Shown piece by piece: positions 1 to 8,777 of a stretch of DNA of 54,265 nt (positions are counted from its first letter, which is position 1; the number at the start of each line of letters is the position of its first letter). This stretch comes from a virus (lineage: Duplodnaviria; Caudoviricetes). Position numbers and translations under genes: made by a program. The DNA lies in the IMG/VR virus record IMGVR_UViG_3300032083_001527, positions 1-54,265 of that record; one strand, written 5' to 3'. The notes beneath the pieces were generated by a model that was given only the letters and a program-made list of their open reading frames with translations, was not told the origin of the DNA and ran no database searches.

Positions 1-2
1 AC

Positions 3-686
3 AAGCCTAATCAATACTTAGATAGAGATCAGCTTGTTACTAAATTTCTACCACTAGTAGAAAAACTAGCTAGAAGATTTTCAACATCGCAGCAAGCTAG
101 CGGTGTAATGAGCATAATGGATATACTACAAGAAGGCAACTACGGTTTGTGTGCCGGTGTAGATCGAATAGACTGGGATACAATACTAGATGCTGAAAAC
201 CAAGATAAAAGATTGAAGTCTTTTTTAGCTAAAAGAATTAAAGGTGCTATACGTAGAGGCATAGACACAAACAGAGGTAGTATGCGTATACCAGAGCACA
301 AACTAAACGAGATACGTAAAGACTTTGGCGAAGATAGACGTATGGTATCTTTATTCTTTAACTCTGTATTTACAAGTCTTGATGATGGAACACCAGAACA
401 ACAAGCTCAAGCTTATAATATACCTGATAACGTTAAAGAGTATAATAAAGAAATGCTTGCTGCTTATATAAAAAGCTTAATGCTTAATTACTTAAACCCA
501 AAAGAGTTTCAAGTATTAAGATTATCTTACGGCCTTGACTGCGATAAGCATTCAGCTAAGCAAATAGCAGAGATATTAGGTATAAAAGGCACTAGCTCTT
601 ACGTGCGAATATCACAGCTAAAAAAGCAAGCAATTGATAAATTAATAGAGAAGGTTCCTTACTCGCAAGTGGTTGACTATCTGTAA
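3..686 (+). CDS. Phage sigma-70 family RNA polymerase sigma factor (5'-truncated by window edge)
   Basis: Frame is open from nt 3 (KPNQYLDRDQLVTKFLPLVEKLARRF, region 2.1-like). DILQEGNYGL (2.2), IKGAIRRGID..MRIPEH (2.4/3.0) and a C-terminal HTH LNPKEFQVLRLSYGL..AKQIAEILG..ISQLKKQAIDKL (region 4). Confidence 0.88.
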   Translation, partial: KPNQYLDRDQLVTKFLPLVEKLARRFSTSQQASGVMSIMDILQEGNYGLCAGVDRIDWDTILDAENQDKRLKSFLAKRIKGAIRRGIDTNRGSMRIPEHKLNEIRKDFGEDRRMVSLFFNSVFTSLDDGTPEQQAQAYNIPDNVKEYNKEMLAAYIKSLMLNYLNPKEFQVLRLSYGLDCDKHSAKQIAEILGIKGTSSYVRISQLKKQAIDKLIEKVPYSQVVDYL

Positions 687-721
687 GTTAGGAGTGATTC
701 ACTAATGTAAATAACAATAAT

Positions 722-742
722 CTTGTGTGATTATATCTATAG
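722..742 (+). promoter_or_regulatory. Possible phage-sigma promoter (TGTGATTATATCTATAG), variant of the TGTAA-TAT motif
   Basis: Intergenic, upstream of the 760 operon; resembles motif copies at 25411, 37343, 49231 and 53791. Confidence 0.35.
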
Positions 743-759
743 ACCAAAACTAATAAACC

Positions 760-1317
760 ATGAAGAACTTAAACCAAAAACTATCTGTCATACAGACAGA
801 ACTAAAAGCAAAAAAATCTTCGTATAATTCTTTCGGTAAATACTATTTCCGAAAGGCCGAAGATATACTCGAGGCAGTAAAGCCTTTCTTATTAAGGGAA
901 AGTGTATCAGTAAGAGTCGACGAAGAGTTGATTCATGATACACCTCCTGTAATTCAATCAACAGCCACAATTTCTGATGGCGAAAATTCAATTAAAGCAA
1001 CAGCGGTAGTCGGTGTAGACCTTCAACAAAAGGGTATGCAAACGGCGCAACAATTTGGAGCAGCTTCATCTTACGGGAAAAAGTATGCGTTAGGCAACTT
1101 ATTTCTAATTGATGATACAGCTGATGCTGACTCGACTAATAGTCATGGGAAAGCAGCTCAACTTGTGAATAAAGCTAAAGCTAAAATGACTGAAGATCAG
1201 TATAAGAAAGCTGTTGACTTTGTTAAAAAGGGAGGGGCTATATCTGCCATCGAGTCTAAGTATGATGTTACACCAGACCAAAAATCAGGATTAACAAGAA
1301 TAAAAATATCTAATTAA
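760..1317 (+). CDS. ERF-family single-strand annealing protein
   Basis: IQTELKAKK..FGKYYFRKAEDILEAVKP and the hallmark Q.FGAASSYGKKYALGNLFLIDD..DAD. Confidence 0.85.
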   Translation: MKNLNQKLSVIQTELKAKKSSYNSFGKYYFRKAEDILEAVKPFLLRESVSVRVDEELIHDTPPVIQSTATISDGENSIKATAVVGVDLQQKGMQTAQQFGAASSYGKKYALGNLFLIDDTADADSTNSHGKAAQLVNKAKAKMTEDQYKKAVDFVKKGGAISAIESKYDVTPDQKSGLTRIKISN

Positions 1318-2036
1318 TGGATAAAAAAATAATAGAAAAACTAAAACAGGACGAACATTACTATGGAGATTATGGTAAGCAGTTCTTAAGTAATTCAAAT
1401 ATATCTACATTACTTAAAAATCCTAGGTTGTTAAAAGAAGATAAACCTAAAACATCAGCAATGGTGATAGGAGGCTATTTTCACACCACAATACTAGAAC
1501 CTGATAAGCTTGAGCAGTTCAAGATTATTAAGTCTACAACTAGGAATACTAAACAGTATAAAGAAATGTCTGGAGGAGAGATCTGTTTACTTCAACACGA
1601 GGTTGATAAAATAGAATTAATGAGAGAAGCTGTTATGGATAATAAAATTTGCAGAGAGTTAATCTCTGGTGACTTTGAAGTTCCAGGTTATACTGAAATA
1701 TTCGGTAATAACTGGAAAGGTAAAGCAGATATAATTAACCATGATGAACAATTAATCATAGACTTAAAAACTACTAGTGATATAGATAAGTTTAGATGGT
1801 CTGCTTCTAAGTTTAACTATGATAGTCAAGCTTATATCTATAGACTCCTATTTGATTATGAGATGTTGTTTATGGTAATAGACAAAGAAACATTACAAGT
1901 AGGATTGTTCGACTGTTCTGGTGATTTTTACAAGTCCGGTATGGACAAGGTACGTAAAGCTACTGACGCGTACGATCTGTTTTACAAGACAGATGATTTT
2001 GACAGTAAGCAATATTTAATAACTAAAACCTTATAA
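1317..2036 (+). CDS. PD-(D/E)XK exonuclease, RecE/exonuclease VIII-like (DUF3799-type)
   Basis: HYYG..LSNS, G.YFHTTILEP, KGKAD..IIDLKTT, YDSQAYIY; coupled to the ERF gene. Confidence 0.8.
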   Translation: MDKKIIEKLKQDEHYYGDYGKQFLSNSNISTLLKNPRLLKEDKPKTSAMVIGGYFHTTILEPDKLEQFKIIKSTTRNTKQYKEMSGGEICLLQHEVDKIELMREAVMDNKICRELISGDFEVPGYTEIFGNNWKGKADIINHDEQLIIDLKTTSDIDKFRWSASKFNYDSQAYIYRLLFDYEMLFMVIDKETLQVGLFDCSGDFYKSGMDKVRKATDAYDLFYKTDDFDSKQYLITKTL

Positions 2037-2040
2037 ACCT

Positions 2041-2235
2041 ATGGCGACAGCTTACAAAATGAAAACCTGTAGTATATCAGGCAAAAAGTTTAGAGCAAGT
2101 AACAAAAACTTTTATATTAATAAAAGCTCTAAAGATGGTTTGCACCCCTATTCTAAACAAATGGATAATTTGAGAAGAACACTGGGTGTATCAGTAGACA
2201 AAGTAAAACAATTAGTAAACTTAATAAATCAATAA
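2041..2235 (+). CDS. Small basic hypothetical protein (degenerate Zn-ribbon-like)
   Basis: ORF packed in the operon; KTCSISGK..NFY..KDGLHPYSK. Confidence 0.6.
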   Translation: MATAYKMKTCSISGKKFRASNKNFYINKSSKDGLHPYSKQMDNLRRTLGVSVDKVKQLVNLINQ

Positions 2236-2237
2236 AT

Positions 2238-2543
2238 ATGGCAAGTATAATAAAAACTTCTATAAATCTTTCTGAAATACCGAAAGATAAAATATTTGTA
2301 GGGAAGAAAGGTAAGTACCTACCAATAACAATAACATTAAACGACGAGGTTGACCAGTTTGGTAATCAAGGTCCAGTTGTTGTTGAGCAAACAAAAGATG
2401 AGCGCGAAGCTAAACAAGCTAAAACTTATTTAGGTAACGCTAGAGTAGTTTGGACAAACGGTGAAAATGTTGAGCCGGCTCCAAGAGATAATCAACCAGC
2501 AGCTGAACCAGCACCTGCAAAACAAGAAGATCTACCGTTTTAA
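2238..2543 (+). CDS. Putative single-stranded DNA-binding protein
   Basis: Beta-rich core GKKGKYL..DQFGN..YLGN, Pro/Ala linker and acidic EDLPF C-terminal tip; lies between recombination and primase genes. Confidence 0.7.
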   Translation: MASIIKTSINLSEIPKDKIFVGKKGKYLPITITLNDEVDQFGNQGPVVVEQTKDEREAKQAKTYLGNARVVWTNGENVEPAPRDNQPAAEPAPAKQEDLPF

Positions 2544-2544
2544 T

Positions 2545-4266
2545 ATGAATATAGAAAACACAGAGATCAATGGATTCTTGATTGATAAATTCAATCAATA
2601 CAGTCTAAAACCTGGAAGCACTCAAGGCACATGCCCTTTGTGCTCTCACACTAGACAACCCAAAAATCAGAAGCTACAATGTGCTTCTTATGATTGGGAA
2701 CGTGGTCTCGGTACTTGTCATAACTGTGACACTAGTTTTCAATTACATACTTACCAGCGTAAGGGTAATGCAACTAAAGAATATGTAAAACCAATACCGG
2801 TTGAAGTATTCGAACCAGTTAAAGACAAGGCTGTTGAATGGTTTAAAACTAGAGGTATATCTCAACAAACGTTAGACGATTTATATGTTACAACGGGTGA
2901 TGAGTTTATGCCTCAAACAGGTCGCAAAGAAAACACTATACAGTTTAATTATATTATGGGTGATGAACTTGTTAATGTAAAGTATAGAGATGGCCGAAAG
3001 AATTTTAAGCTATACAAAGGTGCTGAAAAGATATTCTACAATATTAATAGTATTGTAGGATATGACTGGTGCGTTATCACTGAAGGTGAAATGGATGCGT
3101 TAGCATTACACGAAGCTGGAATTAAAAATGTGATATCAGTTCCTAACGGTGCCACGTTAAACAGTAATAATCTAGATTATCTAGATAATTGTATTGATTA
3201 TTTTGAAGACAAAGAAAAGATTATATTAGCAGTCGATGCTGATGAAGCTGGTCAAGCTTTAAGATATGAGTTTATTAGACGTCTTGGTGCTGAAGTTTGT
3301 TATTTAGTAGACTTCAATGGTAACAAAGACGCTAATGATTTTCTAGTAGAACACGGCGCTGAAGAACTTAGAAAAGTTATAAACACGGCTGTACAAGTTC
3401 CACTAGAAGGTGTATCAACGCTAAGAGATCTTGAAGCTGACTTATTAGATTTTGTTCACAACGGTTTTAAACCTGGCTTTCAAATAGGTTTAGATAACTT
3501 TGATAAAATCTTCTCAACATACACATCACAGTTTATTACTGTAACTGGTATACCATCATCTGGTAAATCAGATTTTGTAGACCAGATGTGTATAGGTTAT
3601 AATAGAAATTACGGTTGGAAAACAGCTTTTGCATCTCCAGAAAACAAACCTAATTTTCTACATGCTCACAAGCTAATACGTAAAACATGGGAGGGTTTAC
3701 CTACCAAAGATGATATCGGTACTAGTAAATGGAAACAAGTTACAAACCATATTAATGATAATTATTTCTTTATTGATATGGATAGATATACTCTTGAAGA
3801 TGTGTTGCGTAAAGGCGCTGAGCTTGTAAAACGTAAAGGTATTAAATGTTTGGTTATAGATCCATTTAATAAAATTAGAGATGTTGATTGTAAGTCTGAA
3901 GATGTTAATCGTTATACCATGGAGTACTTAACTAAGATCGAAACGTTTGCAAAGAAGTATGATGTACTAGTAATTGTTGTAGCTCATCCCACTAAGATGT
4001 ATAGAAATCAAGAGGGCAAAATTGAAGAGCCAACGATGTACAGTATTAAAGGCGGTGGCGAATGGTATGATGCTAGCTATCACGGCTTGTTAGTTCATAG
4101 AGATTATGAAGCTAAGACTGTTAAAGCTAAAGTGTTGAAAGTTAAATTTCAAAACTTAGGTGAAAACCAAGCTGAAGCTCATTTTAATTGGGAACCAAAA
4201 TCAGGTAGTTACATACCGTTAGTAACTGATACAGCTGAAGTTGGACCATTACCATGGGAAAGTTAA
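2545..4266 (+). CDS. DNA primase-helicase (T7 gp4/Twinkle-like)
   Basis: Zn finger CPLC..CHNC, TOPRIM EGEMD and DADEAG..KDAND, SF4 Walker A GIPSSGKS, LVIDPFN, VAHP. Likely start is ATG 2545 rather than GTG 2461. Confidence 0.93.
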   Translation: MNIENTEINGFLIDKFNQYSLKPGSTQGTCPLCSHTRQPKNQKLQCASYDWERGLGTCHNCDTSFQLHTYQRKGNATKEYVKPIPVEVFEPVKDKAVEWFKTRGISQQTLDDLYVTTGDEFMPQTGRKENTIQFNYIMGDELVNVKYRDGRKNFKLYKGAEKIFYNINSIVGYDWCVITEGEMDALALHEAGIKNVISVPNGATLNSNNLDYLDNCIDYFEDKEKIILAVDADEAGQALRYEFIRRLGAEVCYLVDFNGNKDANDFLVEHGAEELRKVINTAVQVPLEGVSTLRDLEADLLDFVHNGFKPGFQIGLDNFDKIFSTYTSQFITVTGIPSSGKSDFVDQMCIGYNRNYGWKTAFASPENKPNFLHAHKLIRKTWEGLPTKDDIGTSKWKQVTNHINDNYFFIDMDRYTLEDVLRKGAELVKRKGIKCLVIDPFNKIRDVDCKSEDVNRYTMEYLTKIETFAKKYDVLVIVVAHPTKMYRNQEGKIEEPTMYSIKGGGEWYDASYHGLLVHRDYEAKTVKAKVLKVKFQNLGENQAEAHFNWEPKSGSYIPLVTDTAEVGPLPWES

Positions 4267-4511
4267 ACGACGAACACGGTAAATATCCTTACCACTCTAG
4301 ATACGACGATGAATTAAAATCATATGAGTGGTGTCTTGGTAACGGAATAAGGATAGGGCCAATACCTCTTTGGAACGAGGATTATGGTAAGTGGACAGTG
4401 GAAATAACAATGAACGGTAAAACATCTACTGATCCTAATAAGTACATTAAAGATATAATTATGCAGAAAGTTTACGAGTACTGCGATTACTATTATAATA
4501 AATATGGATAA
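4254..4511 (+). CDS. Hypothetical protein
   Basis: 85-aa ORF overlapping both neighbours. Confidence 0.6.
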   Translation: MGKLNDEHGKYPYHSRYDDELKSYEWCLGNGIRIGPIPLWNEDYGKWTVEITMNGKTSTDPNKYIKDIIMQKVYEYCDYYYNKYG

Positions 4512-5328
4512 AGAATATACAATATATCATATACCTGGTAAAAAGATCGGTGTCACCAACGATCTTTACAGTAGAGTTGAGCAACAACAGGGTTATGATG
4601 TTGGTGAATATGAAATTCTAGAATCATCTAATGATATAGATTATATATCTAAACGTGAAATAGAATTACAAAAAGAGTATGGTTATAGAGTTGATCTTAA
4701 ACCATACAACGAACTGAGTGTTAATTTAAAATTAAAGAATATGAAGATAAACGTTACGGAACAAACAACTACGTTTCCGTGTCCCGTTAACAAGCTTAAA
4801 GGCCAGTTGATGGATAATCTTGAAATGCGCTGGGATACAGAGCATGGTAGTGTTTATTTAGATACTGATTTAGCTAAGTGGATAATTAAGTCTGCTAAAA
4901 CATCTATGTTTAATAATGATAGATGTTATGTTTATAACAAAGCTATGATTAAGTATTTAGACCACAAAAGATACAAGAATGAAATCGATGAGCTTCCATT
5001 TAAAGAAGACTTGTACGAACATGAAGATAATGTAGTTTTTTACTTTGATAAGATCAGAGACTGGGCTGAAGAGCGTGGTATATACGAGCACGGTGATCCT
5101 AAAACTCAATACTTAAAGTTGATGGAAGAAGCTGGTGAGCTTGGTAGAGCTATACTAAAAGATAATGAAGGTGAACAATTAGATGCTATTGGCGATATGG
5201 TTGTTGTACTAACTAATCTTGCTGAACTATTAGGTCTTAGTATTGAAGAGTGTGTTGAATCAGCTTATGATGTTATAAGTAAGAGAACTGGTAAAATGAT
5301 TAATGGAACATTTGTAAAAAATAATTAA
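4504..5328 (+). CDS. MazG-like NTP pyrophosphohydrolase with N-terminal GIY-YIG-like domain
   Basis: C-terminal WAEERG..KLMEEAGEL..DAIGD..AYDVISKRTGKMING.FVK (MazG-like); N-terminal YTIYHI..KIGVT.DL..R..REIELQ. Confidence 0.75.
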   Translation: MDKEYTIYHIPGKKIGVTNDLYSRVEQQQGYDVGEYEILESSNDIDYISKREIELQKEYGYRVDLKPYNELSVNLKLKNMKINVTEQTTTFPCPVNKLKGQLMDNLEMRWDTEHGSVYLDTDLAKWIIKSAKTSMFNNDRCYVYNKAMIKYLDHKRYKNEIDELPFKEDLYEHEDNVVFYFDKIRDWAEERGIYEHGDPKTQYLKLMEEAGELGRAILKDNEGEQLDAIGDMVVVLTNLAELLGLSIEECVESAYDVISKRTGKMINGTFVKNN

Positions 5329-5329
5329 T

Positions 5330-5617
5330 ATGAGTAGTAGAGAAATAACTAATGCTAAAGGGTTTACTGACGTAATGAACGGCGTCGACGTTGAGTTTAG
5401 AGATCCTGTTGTAAAACGTGTTGTAGATAAATTCAAAGCTAGATCAGATGCTGGCTATGAAAAATACGGCACGACTCTTCACGAAGAGAGAACAACAAAA
5501 ATAAAAGGTCTAATGAAGTATTTAATTGATATTCAAGAAGAGCTTATGGATGCGGTGTTATATATACAAACTGCACAAGAAGAACTTAAAGATATGTTAG
5601 ATGAAGAAAAGACGTAA
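5330..5617 (+). CDS. Small all-alpha NTP-pyrophosphatase-like protein
   Basis: RSDAGYEKYGTTL..IQEELMDAVLY (EExxD motif). Confidence 0.6.
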   Translation: MSSREITNAKGFTDVMNGVDVEFRDPVVKRVVDKFKARSDAGYEKYGTTLHEERTTKIKGLMKYLIDIQEELMDAVLYIQTAQEELKDMLDEEKT

Positions 5618-6041
5618 AAAAAGAGGACCTGTTAGGTCTAAGAAGGTTATGTATGACGGCATAACCTTTGCTTCTGGTCTAGAAAAGTACATGTACCTAG
5701 CTCTTAAGAAAGCTAAAATAAAAGCTGATTATGAAGGTGAAACATTTACTTTAATAGATGGATTTGAATTTGATACTACCAGCTACGAGAGACAATCTAA
5801 TGGTAAAGGTGAGTTCAAAGACAGGGGAAATAAAAAGATATTACCAATACGATATACACCAGACTTTGTTAACAGTAAGTTTATAATAGAGTGTAAGGGT
5901 CGAGCGAACGAAAGTTTTCCAATGAGATGGAAACTGTTCAAGAGAATGATTAATAAACAACGACCATATGTGACTTTATATAAGCCTCAGAACCAAAAGG
6001 AATGTGATCAGGTAATAGAGTTAATAACTAAAAATAAATAA
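5601..6041 (+). CDS. T7 endonuclease I-like Holliday junction resolvase
   Basis: FASGLE..YEGE..YTPDF..IIECKG. Confidence 0.8.
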   Translation: MKKRRKKRGPVRSKKVMYDGITFASGLEKYMYLALKKAKIKADYEGETFTLIDGFEFDTTSYERQSNGKGEFKDRGNKKILPIRYTPDFVNSKFIIECKGRANESFPMRWKLFKRMINKQRPYVTLYKPQNQKECDQVIELITKNK

Positions 6042-6042
6042 T

Positions 6043-6186
6043 ATGAATTGGGAATTTAGTGTAGGATTTTATCCTGGTGTACTTTTTGGAATGAGAACAT
6101 ACACCGAACGAAACAAACAAAACCACGTAATATATCTACCACTTGTAGATTTTTGTTTAACGATATTTAAAAAGAAAGGAAAATAA
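6043..6186 (+). CDS. Small hypothetical protein, 47 aa (not in ORF track)
   Basis: MNWEFSVGFYPGVLFGMRTY..HVIYLPLVDFCLTIFKKKGK; its TAA overlaps the RNR ATG (TAATG). Confidence 0.7.
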   Translation: MNWEFSVGFYPGVLFGMRTYTERNKQNHVIYLPLVDFCLTIFKKKGK

Positions 6187-8051
6187 TGAAAGAGATTAAT
6201 AGTAACATTTTATCTGATATCACTGTTCATATGAAATACGCTAAGTATAATCCTGAGTTAAAACGTAGAGAAACTTGGGAAGAGCTAGTAGATAGAAATA
6301 TGGCAATGCATATTAAGAAATACCCAGAGTTGGAGGTTGAAATAAGAAAAGCATATAGCTATGTGTTTACAAAACAAATACTACCGTCTATGAGAAGTTT
6401 ACAGTTTGCTGGTAAGCCAATTGAAATTTCACCAAATAGATTATATAACTGTTCTTATCTACCTGTTGATAGCTTAGATGCTTTCAACGAGATAATGTTT
6501 CTATTGTTATCAGGATGTGGAGTTGGATATTCAGTTCAACAGCACCACATAAAACGATTACCTTTTATAATGCAACCATTTAAGTTTAGAACTAGAAGGT
6601 TTGTTATAGGTGATTCAATTGAAGGTTGGTCTGATGCTGTTAAGGTGTTAATTAGATCTTATCTTGGAGAAAAAAGAGCTTCAAGAATAGTATTTGATTA
6701 TACTGACATCAGACCTAAAGGTGCTAGGCTAGTGACATCAGGTGGTAAAGCACCTGGTCCACAGCCTCTGAAAGAGTGTTTAATTAAAATCGAAGGTATT
6801 CTAGAAGCAAAGGAGGATGGTTCAACGCTTACATCGCTAGAAACACACGATATTATATGTCATATAGCCGATGCTGTATTGGCTGGTGGTATTAGACGAG
6901 CTGCATTAATCAGTTTGTTTACTGCCACTGACGATGATATGATATCCTGTAAGTCTGGTAATTGGTGGGAAACTAATCCACAAAGAGGTAGATCAAACAA
7001 CTCAGCTGTTTTAATGAGACATAAAATAACTAAAGAGTTTTTTATGGACCTATGGAAGCGAGTTGAATTATCTGGAGCTGGAGAGCCTGGTATATATCTT
7101 AACAATGACAAAGATTGGGGCACAAACCCTTGCTGTGAGATAGCGCTTAGGCCTTTTCAGTTCTGTAACCTTTGTGAAGTTAATGTATCTAATGTTAAAG
7201 ATCAAGATGATTTAAATAACAGAGTTAAAGCTGCAGCGTTCATTGGAACGTTACAAGCTGGATATACCGACTTCCATTATCTTAGAGAAATATGGAAAGA
7301 AACAACAGAGAAAGACGCACTTATAGGTGTGTCAATGACAGGAATCGGGAGTGCCGCTGTGCTCCAAATGGATATGAAGGCTGCTGCAAATATCGTGACA
7401 AAAGAAAACGCACGAGTAGCGAAACTAATAGGGATTAATTCATCAGCTAGATGTACAACTGTAAAACCTGCAGGAACGACATCTCTGGTCCTCGGAACAT
7501 CATCGGGTATTCATGCATGGCATAATGATTATTATGTCCGTAGGATGCGCGTAGGGAAAAACGAGGCTATATATAATTATCTAATAGATAATCATACAGA
7601 ATTAATTGAAGATGAGTACTTCAGACCTCACGATACCGCTGTTATTTCCATACCACAAAAAGCACCTGAAGGTTCAATACTTAGAACTGAATCACCATTT
7701 GATACTCTTGAAAGGGTAAAGCGTGTTGCACAAGAGTGGATACAACCTGGTCATAGACGAGGTAGTAATACACACAACGTGTCAGCAACTATATCTTTAA
7801 AAGAAAACGAATGGAAAAAAGCAGGTGATTGGATGTGGGAAAATAGAAATTACTACAATGGGTTATCTGTATTACCATATGATGGTGGTACATATACACA
7901 AGCTCCGTTTGAAGACATTGACGAAGCTAAATATAATAAAATGTCTAAAGTATTATCTAACGTAGATTTAACGAAGGTTATTGAAGCTGAAGATAACACA
8001 GATTTATCAGGCGAGTTAGCTTGTGCTGGTGGATCATGTGAAGTTGTTTAA
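6186..8051 (+). CDS. nrdJ: Class II (adenosylcobalamin-dependent) ribonucleotide reductase
   Basis: YNCS, TNPCCEI (thiyl Cys/Glu), TTVKPAGTTS, C-terminal ACAGGSCEVV; no small subunit or activase gene nearby. Confidence 0.88.
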   Translation: MKEINSNILSDITVHMKYAKYNPELKRRETWEELVDRNMAMHIKKYPELEVEIRKAYSYVFTKQILPSMRSLQFAGKPIEISPNRLYNCSYLPVDSLDAFNEIMFLLLSGCGVGYSVQQHHIKRLPFIMQPFKFRTRRFVIGDSIEGWSDAVKVLIRSYLGEKRASRIVFDYTDIRPKGARLVTSGGKAPGPQPLKECLIKIEGILEAKEDGSTLTSLETHDIICHIADAVLAGGIRRAALISLFTATDDDMISCKSGNWWETNPQRGRSNNSAVLMRHKITKEFFMDLWKRVELSGAGEPGIYLNNDKDWGTNPCCEIALRPFQFCNLCEVNVSNVKDQDDLNNRVKAAAFIGTLQAGYTDFHYLREIWKETTEKDALIGVSMTGIGSAAVLQMDMKAAANIVTKENARVAKLIGINSSARCTTVKPAGTTSLVLGTSSGIHAWHNDYYVRRMRVGKNEAIYNYLIDNHTELIEDEYFRPHDTAVISIPQKAPEGSILRTESPFDTLERVKRVAQEWIQPGHRRGSNTHNVSATISLKENEWKKAGDWMWENRNYYNGLSVLPYDGGTYTQAPFEDIDEAKYNKMSKVLSNVDLTKVIEAEDNTDLSGELACAGGSCEVV

Positions 8052-8069
8052 TTTAATAAAATATAAAAT

Positions 8070-8249
8070 ATGAATTTAGAAGAATTATTAGATGCTATGC
8101 AAGATGAAATGCACAGCGCTCACGAAGAAATAGAAAAGTTTATGGGTGGTAATAAATCAGCTGGAACTAGAGCTAGAAAGAGTATGCAGACAATTAAGGA
8201 GGCTGCTCAGAACGTGAGAAAACAAATTCAAACTATTAAAAATAGTTAA
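8070..8249 (+). CDS. Histone H1-like Hc1-family small protein, 59 aa (not in ORF track)
   Basis: MNLEELLDAMQDEMHSAHEEIEKFMGGNKSAGTRARKSMQTIKEAAQNVRKQIQTIKNS; GNKSAGTRARK is the Hc1 signature. Confidence 0.8.
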   Translation: MNLEELLDAMQDEMHSAHEEIEKFMGGNKSAGTRARKSMQTIKEAAQNVRKQIQTIKNS

Positions 8250-8255
8250 AATAAT

Positions 8256-8282
8256 AAAGGGGGCTTTTGCCCCCTTTTTTTT
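8256..8282. terminator. Bidirectional intrinsic terminator between the convergent arms
   Basis: AAAGGGGGC-TTTT-GCCCCCTTT hairpin, T8 tract on + and A-rich tract on the other side, exactly between convergent stops 8249 and 8284. Confidence 0.9.
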
Positions 8283-8283
8283 G

Positions 8284-8775
8284 TTACATCTTTTTACCCT
8301 TATCTACCATCTTCATTGCACCAATTAATCCTCCTGCTAATCCACCTAAAGGTCCACCTAGTGCCATACCCGCTAATGCTGGATTCTTCTTAGCAAATTT
8401 ACCAACTTTTCCTACAGCTTTACCTAAAAACTTTTTTGGAGAATCTTTTCTTTTTATTGATTTACCCACACCTTGATTTACATCAGCAGCTTTTTTTGTA
8501 ACATCTTTAATTTTGCTTTTCACTTCACTAATTTTTTCCTTTATCTTTTTACCACCTGCTTGAGCTTGAGCAGCTGTTGGTTTATTCAATTTCTCTGAAC
8601 CTTGTTTAAAGGCTTTTCCAGCTTTAAGTTTAGCTGGAGAATCTAAGATCTTTTGTTTTAAATGATCTGGTAAATTCTTTTGATTACCTACTAATGGTTT
8701 GTTCATTGGTGATATATCTTTTCCGAAGTTTTTCTTCATTGGTCCTTCCTTACCAGCTTTCATTTTAAATGCCAT
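8284..8775 (-). CDS. Lys-rich putative virion cargo protein with MAFKMK leader and C-terminal amphipathic/Gly-zipper segment
   Basis: MAFKMKAG start; GPMKK, SPAK, SPKK motifs; ends FLGKAVGKVGKFAKKNPALAGMALGGPLGGLAGGLIG. Confidence 0.65.
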   Translation of the reverse strand: MAFKMKAGKEGPMKKNFGKDISPMNKPLVGNQKNLPDHLKQKILDSPAKLKAGKAFKQGSEKLNKPTAAQAQAGGKKIKEKISEVKSKIKDVTKKAADVNQGVGKSIKRKDSPKKFLGKAVGKVGKFAKKNPALAGMALGGPLGGLAGGLIGAMKMVDKGKKM

Positions 8776-8777
8776 AA

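Noticed and set aside
2461-2544. N-terminal extension of the primase-helicase
   Set aside because: Overlaps the SSB gene; ATG 2545 directly after the SSB stop is more plausible.
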